Below, piece by piece: positions 58,332 through 64,000 of a DNA stretch of 64,000 bases; the stretch's first letter is position 1; every line of letters starts with the position of its first letter. This DNA is from an uncultured bacterium. GTDB lineage: Bacteria; Patescibacteriota; Minisyncoccia; UBA6257; 2-01-FULL-56-20. A model generated the notes under the pieces. That model was not told the DNA's origin, ran no database searches, and saw only the letters and a list, made by a program, of their open reading frames with translations. The position numbers were made by a program, and so were the translations under genes. The stretch is from positions 213,060 to 277,059 of the forward strand of contig CAVOJZ010000002.1 of NCBI GenBank assembly GCA_963696395.1. The letters run 5' to 3'.

Positions 58332-58367
58332 AAAAAAATCGGACGTCACCATTTCTGGCGACGCCCG
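58332..58367 (-). terminator. Rho-independent terminator overlapping the last codons of the 58346 gene
   Basis: CGGGCGTCGCC-AGAAAT-GGTGACGTCCG plus TTTTTTT on the minus strand; paralogous to the hairpin at 59834-59872. Confidence 0.6.
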
Positions 58368-59044
58368 TGACTCATGAAATCAGTAAACCGAGCGAGAGAC
58401 TGCGTGCACAAGTCAACAGCTTTTGTATGATCCTCGACCGGAGAGACGCGCAAATGCTCAAAGGTGATATAAGTCATTTTGGAGTATGTGCCACCCTTCA
58501 CAGGATCAGGATCTATGCCAAGGCTTTTCGCCATTGCATAAGATGCTTCGCCCATGGTGCCTTCGTCCCCAAGGATCCCACAATTCATGCGTCCTTGATA
58601 AATGACCACCACTGGAGCGCCCAGCCAAACGCCGTGCTCTCTAAAATTCCAATGCTTGTCCGGAAATGGAGCAACGACGTAGGGAAGATGGGCTGCGTCC
58701 AGTGGCTTGCCATCGGAGTCGTGCAGTGTTGTGTCACTCGTAAAATCGGGGTCAGTGGTGCGGTTGCATTCATTGGTAACGACGCCGTCGCAATCGACCG
58801 TCATCCCGGCAGTCCACCAGATAACACCGTTCGATTCGCAGACAAAGGCAGTGGCGGGCTTGTCGTTTCCCGCTGGATATCCGCCGCCAACTTTGTTGTC
58901 GCAAGTGCCAAACAAGTCAAGGATGCGTTGAGGAGTTACCGTCATCCTTTCGACGGACGAACTTTTATGCTCTAACCATACAGTCAACATAACGGCAAGA
59001 AACGCACCGAATACCATAATCCGTTGCAAGGGGCGAACAACCAT
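58346..59044 (-). CDS. Secreted protein, possible GH75-like chitosanase domain
   Basis: Signal peptide; ...ESNGVIWWTAGMTVDCDG... block is reminiscent of GH75; tentative. Confidence 0.3.
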   Translation of the reverse strand: MVVRPLQRIMVFGAFLAVMLTVWLEHKSSSVERMTVTPQRILDLFGTCDNKVGGGYPAGNDKPATAFVCESNGVIWWTAGMTVDCDGVVTNECNRTTDPDFTSDTTLHDSDGKPLDAAHLPYVVAPFPDKHWNFREHGVWLGAPVVVIYQGRMNCGILGDEGTMGEASYAMAKSLGIDPDPVKGGTYSKMTYITFEHLRVSPVEDHTKAVDLCTQSLARFTDFMSHGRRQKW

Positions 59045-59133
59045 GGCCCAATCTCCTTTCTAGCTTTTTTACCGATCACTTCTTGAATGATAGCACGAGA
59101 ACTTCGATAGGTGTCCCACTTAGCAAGCGCCGG

Positions 59134-59189
59134 GGTTCTAATCTGACAAAAATGAGGGCGATTTTTGTTACCCGCGAGAGGATTCGGAC
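59134..59189 (+). repeat. Array repeat copy 11 (internally deleted core GGTTCTAATCTGACA plus extension GTTACCCGCGAGAGGATTCGGAC)
   Basis: Seen in sequence. Confidence 0.5.
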
Positions 59190-59324
59190 TGATTTAAAAC
59201 TGGCTCCTTAACAATTCAAAAATGCTGCAGCCGATGACCGCCGCGATGATGACGATGGTAAAATTTTGCATGGTAAAAATTTCTTTTAATGCCCTGGTGG
59301 GGCAATCACTCCCTGGTTTGAAAA

Positions 59325-59356
59325 GTCCTAACTTCCTCCACGCGCCGGAGCTGACA
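59325..59356 (+). repeat. Array repeat copy 9 (GTCCTAACTTCCTCCACGCGCCGGAGCTGACA)
   Basis: Seen in sequence. Confidence 0.65.
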
Positions 59357-59406
59357 AAAAAGCAGGAACCCCGTCACAGGATTCCCGCACCGCATCTTCT
59401 GTTTTG

Positions 59407-59739
59407 TTATGGCGCCAACACATGAAATTTGACCTCGGGATGCCACAATAATTTGTTGCCATCCATCGGAAACAATGAGATGCCATAATCACCGATTTTT
59501 ACGAACGGGACTACAAACACGATTGCATTGTCGCCCTGGGACACGATGGAAACTTTGTAATCGTTGTTTGCGTCAGAAATGTAGACGGCCTTCACACTCT
59601 TTATTCCCAGATCATTCCCGTGAAGCGTAGCTTGGCCTCCGGCCTTAACGTCACTCGGCGTCACGCTCACTGGTGTTTGGGCCCACACGAAGCCAGACGC
59701 GATGCAAACCAATGCAAGAGCTATCAAGGTCTTTTTCAT
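59407..59739 (-). CDS. Small secreted protein (signal peptide MKKTLIALALVCIASGFVWAQ)
   Basis: SD AAGGAGG; promoter TTGAAA-17-TATATC directly after repeat copy 10 on the minus strand. Confidence 0.5.
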   Translation of the reverse strand: MKKTLIALALVCIASGFVWAQTPVSVTPSDVKAGGQATLHGNDLGIKSVKAVYISDANNDYKVSIVSQGDNAIVFVVPFVKIGDYGISLFPMDGNKLLWHPEVKFHVLAP

Positions 59740-59792
59740 AGAAAGAACCTCCTTTTGTGAGATATATCATCTACGAGACAACTTTTCAATAG

Positions 59793-59813
59793 CCACAACC
59801 GGTTCTAACGTCC
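59793..59813 (+). repeat. Array repeat copy 10 (GGTTCTAACGTCCTCCATGC, 3' part diverged)
   Basis: Seen in sequence. Confidence 0.55.
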
Positions 59814-59833
59814 TCCATGCACGGAAGATTGAA

Positions 59834-59872
59834 TTTTCTCCTGAAAAATAAACGGACATCGCCATTTCTGGC
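59834..59872 (-). terminator. Rho-independent terminator downstream of the YdeI-like gene
   Basis: CGGACATTGCC-AGAAAT-GGCGATGTCCG plus T-run on the minus strand. Confidence 0.55.
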
Positions 59873-60015
59873 AATGTCCGCAAGATGTCTCAGGATCTTG
59901 GCGAACTCCTCCTTTTCAAAGCGTTTAGCATCTTCCGATGTTTTCCAAAAACTGATTGCGACGATAGTTCGTGGGATTTCGCCGGCTTGCTCGTTTTTTG
60001 GCAAAGGTGGCTTCG

Positions 60016-60336
60016 TCAACGTTTTTTGGAGGAAGACTTTCTGCTGAGTATATATTGTATAGAGGGACTTATTTTTTTATCCCGGCGGTGAATACATCCT
60101 ATCCAGCAACATGGGCGGCGCATCCCTTCTCTCAGTTCTGAACACACCCTTTTCACGTGCTCCGTTCTTGTTTTGGCCTGTTTGACGGAAATCGTCCAAC
60201 AAATCCATTCATTGCGCGCAAGCGGCGTAATATCCTCCCACTTTGCAAGCGCTTTTGCATCCGAAGCGAGCTCCTTCCGCAAATCCGCCGGGAGGCTATG
60301 CACGGTGCCGGATGAGATTTTTTCCTGTTTCATCAC
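60016..60336 (-). CDS. YdeI/OmpD-associated family protein
   Basis: ...LARNEWICWTISVKQAKTRTEHVKRV...RRPCCWIGCIHR C-terminal signature. Confidence 0.55.
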   Translation of the reverse strand: MMKQEKISSGTVHSLPADLRKELASDAKALAKWEDITPLARNEWICWTISVKQAKTRTEHVKRVCSELREGMRRPCCWIGCIHRRDKKISPSIQYILSRKSSSKKR

Positions 60337-60434
60337 ATTATTCTACCAATATTCCGAAAATTTCAAATCTCTGCCTGGTCCGTGAGCAAAAAAGATTCGT
60401 GGCGTCGGGGTAACCCGATCTTCCACGAACCTTT

Positions 60435-60558
60435 GGCTAATTCCTCCACCCCTCCGAGGACATGCCCATATGAGAATGAAGGCGATGAAATGCATTATAA
60501 AACTGTCCGGCAGCCGCCTGCACGATAAATCAAGTGGAATCGAGAGGATTCAAGCCCG
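60435..60558 (+). repeat. Array repeat copy 12 (degenerate core GGCTAATTCCTCCACCCCTCCGAGG and extension ATCGAGAGGATTCAAGCCC, wider spacing)
   Basis: Seen in sequence. Confidence 0.4.
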
Positions 60559-60628
60559 GAATTGACTCGCGGTCGATTTCCTGCTTTACTGCGCGAAGCA
60601 ATCCAAATAAAAGAATAAGGAGGGTTCA

Positions 60629-60925
60629 ATGAAGCATTTTTGGATGGCGATATTCAGAAACGACGGCAAGCTCGACTGTATGCTTTTCGATGAAGTATCA
60701 GAGGCAACAGTGAAGGAGCTCATTCAACGACAGTTCGAGGGCTGCGAGTTAGTTTCAATACAAGAAGTCCGGCCTCCCGAACGTAGAGGCGCAAATCCAG
60801 ACCAGTGGCAAACTGCGATGGAGCACCTTTACGGCCTTGGAAGCAATGAAGTCATGACTCCTTCCCCTTCGGATCTTTTCGAACAGATGTATCTCCTGGG
60901 TTACCTTCACGGAAGCAATTCGTGA
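60629..60925 (+). CDS. Hypothetical protein
   Basis: SD AAGGAGGG; 98 aa; terminator about 15 nt downstream. Confidence 0.45.
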   Translation: MKHFWMAIFRNDGKLDCMLFDEVSEATVKELIQRQFEGCELVSIQEVRPPERRGANPDQWQTAMEHLYGLGSNEVMTPSPSDLFEQMYLLGYLHGSNS

Positions 60926-61326
60926 TCGCACGACAATCCCCTCAACACCGCTTAGTAGGAAACGAAAGGCGGTTTTTTATTTGAACCGTCAAATTCCAAC
61001 TCTCCCTACTCGCTAAAACTGATAAAAAAGGTGTCGCCATTGCAAATTCTAAACACCGTGTTACCACCTTTTCAGTAGCAGCTGGGGGGGGCAAGACATC
61101 CCGAGCCCGAGGTGGGCCGCCACTACTAACCTTAGTAGACCGCCAGCCTCGCTTGGGTTGCAATCATTTTTCCCATTTTTTCATACCCCTCCTACACCCT
61201 GGACCCCCACAAATATCGTGGGGGTTTGCTTTTCTCGCGGAACACCCGGATGAAACAATAAACCAGCCGTTCTGGTAGACTAAGGGTAAGGTAAAGGCCG
61301 TTCACCAATCAGTTATTATTTCTATT

Positions 61327-61494
61327 ATGAACTCCACATACGTTTTAGTGATTATCGTCGTAGTGATGGTGGCCGTCATTGTCGGCGTGGATATCCTGTT
61401 CTTCAGGAACTTCGCCTGGGAGCGGCTGATGGTAAATGTTGGAATTGTCCTGATTTTCGGAGCGTTCGTCTTGAGATTTCTGAACCATTCGTAA
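61327..61494 (+). CDS. Small (55 aa) two-TM membrane protein (not in the ORF track, which omits ORFs under 60 aa)
   Basis: Manual translation MNSTYVLVIIVVVMVAVIVGVDILFFRNFAWERLMVNVGIVLIFGAFVLRFLNHS. Confidence 0.35.
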   Translation: MNSTYVLVIIVVVMVAVIVGVDILFFRNFAWERLMVNVGIVLIFGAFVLRFLNHS

Positions 61495-61505
61495 ACGGGC
61501 ATTCC

Positions 61506-62303
61506 ATGGCGAACTGGAGCACGGCGATCTGTGAAGCAAACGGAATTAAAATATATTACACGAGAACCGGAGGGAACAAACCCCCTCTCATTTTGTTGCA
61601 CGGGTTAGCCGCCAACGGAGCTTGCTGGACCGCGCTTGCGCACGACCTCGAGGCGGAATATGACGTGATCATGCCGGACGCCCGGGGGCACGGAAAATCG
61701 AGCGCACCCGACCATGGCTATCAATACGAAAATCTTGCAAACGACGTAGTAGGTTTCATGAAAGTGATGAAGCTTTCTTTTCCAGTTCTGCTCGGGCACT
61801 CCATGGGAGGGATGACAGCGGCCGTGGTGGCAAGCCGCAAACCCAATTTGCTTCGCGGTCTGATTTTGGATGACCCCACCTTCCTGAGTCCGGAATTTCA
61901 GTGCCAGGTTTTCGAAAGTGATGCCGCCGATCGGCACCGGAAAGCGCTCAATAAATCAGTTCACGAATTGGTAGCGGAGTCGGCGAAAAGACATCCCGAT
62001 CGTTCCCAAGAAACGCTCGAGCTCATCGCCCAAGCTCGGCTCGAAACCAACGCAAATGCTTTTGATATTCTCACGCCGCCAAACCCCGACTATATGCAAT
62101 TGGCAAAAACCTTTGCTGTTCCGAGCCTGCTCGTGACGAGTGACGCCGGCATCGTTTCGTCTGCTTCCGCCGCAGAATTGCAACTCCTTAATCCGAAAAT
62201 CCATGTTGAACACATTAAAGGAGCGGGCCACGGGATTCAATACGACCAACCCGACCGCTTTGCCGCCGCCGTCAGATCATTCCTGCACTCAATCCTGCCA
62301 TAA
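61506..62303 (+). CDS. Alpha/beta-fold hydrolase
   Basis: LLHGLAANGACW, nucleophile elbow GHSMGG, C-terminal His region GAGHG. Confidence 0.75.
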   Translation: MANWSTAICEANGIKIYYTRTGGNKPPLILLHGLAANGACWTALAHDLEAEYDVIMPDARGHGKSSAPDHGYQYENLANDVVGFMKVMKLSFPVLLGHSMGGMTAAVVASRKPNLLRGLILDDPTFLSPEFQCQVFESDAADRHRKALNKSVHELVAESAKRHPDRSQETLELIAQARLETNANAFDILTPPNPDYMQLAKTFAVPSLLVTSDAGIVSSASAAELQLLNPKIHVEHIKGAGHGIQYDQPDRFAAAVRSFLHSILP

Positions 62304-62378
62304 CTGCCGGATAGAATAGACAAAGAGATGGTTTTATGTTACCATTTCCTCCGGTATCATTCAGGAGGAATTTGGAAT

Positions 62379-62852
62379 ATGCCAACGATAGGTGAAATGC
62401 GCACAGAGGAGGTAACCTGGGACGTGCGGTTCATGTCCCAGCATGAACGGGCAGGAGAGCTAAAGAAAATTGAACTGTCGCTCCGGCATAAATCAGCCAT
62501 ATTGCGTGCCTATTTCTCTCAGCCGGGACACGCGGACGACTTCATCACACTCACGCTTCGGCCAGTTATTGCGAAGCTTGAGGATGAATTATGGAAATAT
62601 ACCGGCGATGGAGCCGAGCATCCATTGCTCTTCGTGGAATTCGAACGCACATCGTGGATGTCGGACCCCGAAGAACTTTGCCATACCATCCTCCGCTTTC
62701 TCACAAATCGCTTCGGCTCCCATCAAAATAGTCCGGGAGACATAGCCGTTTCCCGAGAAGTTGAAAAATGGGATGGGCAGGCGTGGGTCAGTGAAGCGGA
62801 GGCGCTTGAAGCCGAATTGCTCGCAGCGCTCCCTCCAAGTTCCATAAACTAA
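62379..62852 (+). CDS. Hypothetical protein
   Basis: Start at MPTIGEMRTEEV; bidirectional terminator at 62857-62895. Confidence 0.4.
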   Translation: MPTIGEMRTEEVTWDVRFMSQHERAGELKKIELSLRHKSAILRAYFSQPGHADDFITLTLRPVIAKLEDELWKYTGDGAEHPLLFVEFERTSWMSDPEELCHTILRFLTNRFGSHQNSPGDIAVSREVEKWDGQAWVSEAEALEAELLAALPPSSIN

Positions 62853-62901
62853 GGCTCACAACAACTATTAATCTCCCGGCCGAATGCGGGAGATTTTTTT
62901 A

Positions 62902-63408
62902 TTACCTTGGCGAGCTAATCTTTCTCACAGGAAGGCTCACCACCTTCTCGGTGGCTTCCAATACTTTTGTGTTATGTCCAAAATAAAGAACGATCAAATT
63001 TCCCCGGAGAAATAAGTGGAAAAAACTTTTTGCGGCGGTTTCCGGCGCCCGCCCGAAAATCGCCGAGGCCTCGCTCTCGGCCGCTCCGCTCGTCGGATAT
63101 TCGAAAACCTGAATATTATCCCCCGCCAAGCCCAGGAGCGTGCCGGTGCCCGTGAGATAAGGATGGGCTACAGAATCGAGGGGCACAACCACAAAATTTT
63201 GAGCTCTAAAATCTTTAAGCAGATCTGCCGTGGCAGGGCCAGGTTGGGCTTGCGGGAAAGCCGGATAAACGGAAATAGTCTGACTCCGCGCCACGAATGG
63301 CAGAACCTCAAAATTGATCAGCAAAAATAATGTCGCCATCCCAAGGATTGATATGCAAACGCGAATAACCCTGGCGCGTCTAAGTCTAAATTTAAGAATG
63401 GACATCAT
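62902..63408 (-). CDS. Hypothetical secreted protein
   Basis: Signal peptide MMSILKFRLRRARVIRVCISILGMATLFLL. Confidence 0.4.
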   Translation of the reverse strand: MMSILKFRLRRARVIRVCISILGMATLFLLINFEVLPFVARSQTISVYPAFPQAQPGPATADLLKDFRAQNFVVVPLDSVAHPYLTGTGTLLGLAGDNIQVFEYPTSGAAESEASAIFGRAPETAAKSFFHLFLRGNLIVLYFGHNTKVLEATEKVVSLPVRKISSPR

Positions 63409-63774
63409 GTGCTATTACTATGCCGTTCCAATGGCCGCTTTATTGCAATAGAAAAAGGCATCCAAGAATAACGGTACTTGGACGCCCACTGCGCCGGGAG
63501 GTGGAATGTATGTTCCGGTGCAGGTCCATTGATGGATGTCTAGCATATTGGGCACTGACCTGATATGCTTTCCACATAGCGCTGTCGGCGCGAATACGAA
63601 ATTAATATATTACAAACCATGGCAAAGCGAGGACATTGGATAAATATGCAGAAATCCAGCTCCAGAAAGACCAAAAAACGGTTGGCGGCAAAGAAGCTTA
63701 TGCTGGAAGCAAAGAGCAAGAAGAACAAGCACAAACAGAGGTAGGCACAAGCCTCTATTCAACCATATGGACAG

Positions 63775-64000
63775 CGAGACCATGATCAAGCGAAGTCCGG
63801 CGGTTCTGCTCGGGACATTCGCGGCAATCGAAGGGATCGGGCTTTTACTGTACATCGTTGCCGCAACTTTCGGCAGCGCAAAATACGAACTCTACACTCA
63901 ACTTTCGCTCTCGAATCTTCTTTCGTACCAGGTTGCAAAAATATTATTTCTTTCACTGGCGCAATTTGCGGTAACGGTATATTCGTTTCTCACGTGGTTT
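63775..64000 (+). CDS. Hypothetical membrane protein, 5' fragment (runs off the window)
   Basis: Manual translation MDSETMIKRSPAVLLGTFAAIEGIGLLLYIVAATFGSAKYELYTQLS... Confidence 0.3.

Noticed and set aside
59786-60019. 77-aa minus-strand ORF between repeat copy 10 and the YdeI-like gene
   Set aside because: It contains the terminator hairpin of the upstream gene within its coding region, so it is probably not a real gene.
50600-61250. Canonical integron call for the repeat array
   Set aside because: No tyrosine integrase or attI is present in the window, and the repeat termini (GGTTCTAAC ... TTCGAACC) do not match the RYYYAAC/GTTRRRY core consensus. It is reported only as cassette-like or non-canonical.
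1-64000. CRISPR arrays, rRNA genes, tmRNA, RNase P, SRP RNA
   Set aside because: Scanning the sequence directly on both strands found no regularly spaced direct-repeat/spacer structure and none of the conserved cores of these RNAs.

Overview
The window is 64 kb of roughly 50% GC bacterial DNA with compact, operon-dense gene organisation. A split transketolase, two lamin-tail-domain secreted proteins and many small hypothetical genes suggest a small-genome lineage such as the CPR/Patescibacteria. That is an inference from content, not a match to any known genome.

The left half (1 to about 33 kb) is core housekeeping. It carries a PLD-family protein, tRNA-Ser(UGA), an HtrA protease, leuS, a TatD/Nudix/kinase/MazG nucleotide-hygiene block, metG, an AI-2E transporter, an M16 peptidase, a coiled-coil lytic transglycosylase and rplY. 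A sugar-phosphate cluster follows: fba, a pfkB kinase, transketolase split into C- and N-terminal halves, rpe, rpiB and gap. After it come a DUF192 protein, a SpoU methyltransferase, a lamin-tail-domain protein, class I RNR nrdAB with a structured leader, and a tRNA-Asn(GUU) gene interrupted in the anticodon loop by a 204-nt group I intron. An ABC transporter follows.

From about 33.3 to 46 kb lies a mobile-element-like island. It has a large serine recombinase, an XRE regulator, a phage terminase small subunit, a ParB-fused DNA methyltransferase, a LexA-like S24 repressor, several PUA-like and hydrolase genes and a GNAT, but no phage structural genes.

The right end (about 50.6 to 61.2 kb) is the most unusual part. 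About 13 small accessory genes are separated by a co-oriented repeat family, core GGTTCTAACGTCCTCCACGCGCCGGAGC(TGACA), often with an extension CTAGTTTTTGCTACCGG-GCGAGGATTCGAACC. The copies sit just beyond rho-independent terminators, and some terminator hairpins are themselves duplicated. This gives a cassette-array appearance, integron-like but non-canonical, with no integrase visible in the window. No CRISPR arrays or rRNA genes are present.
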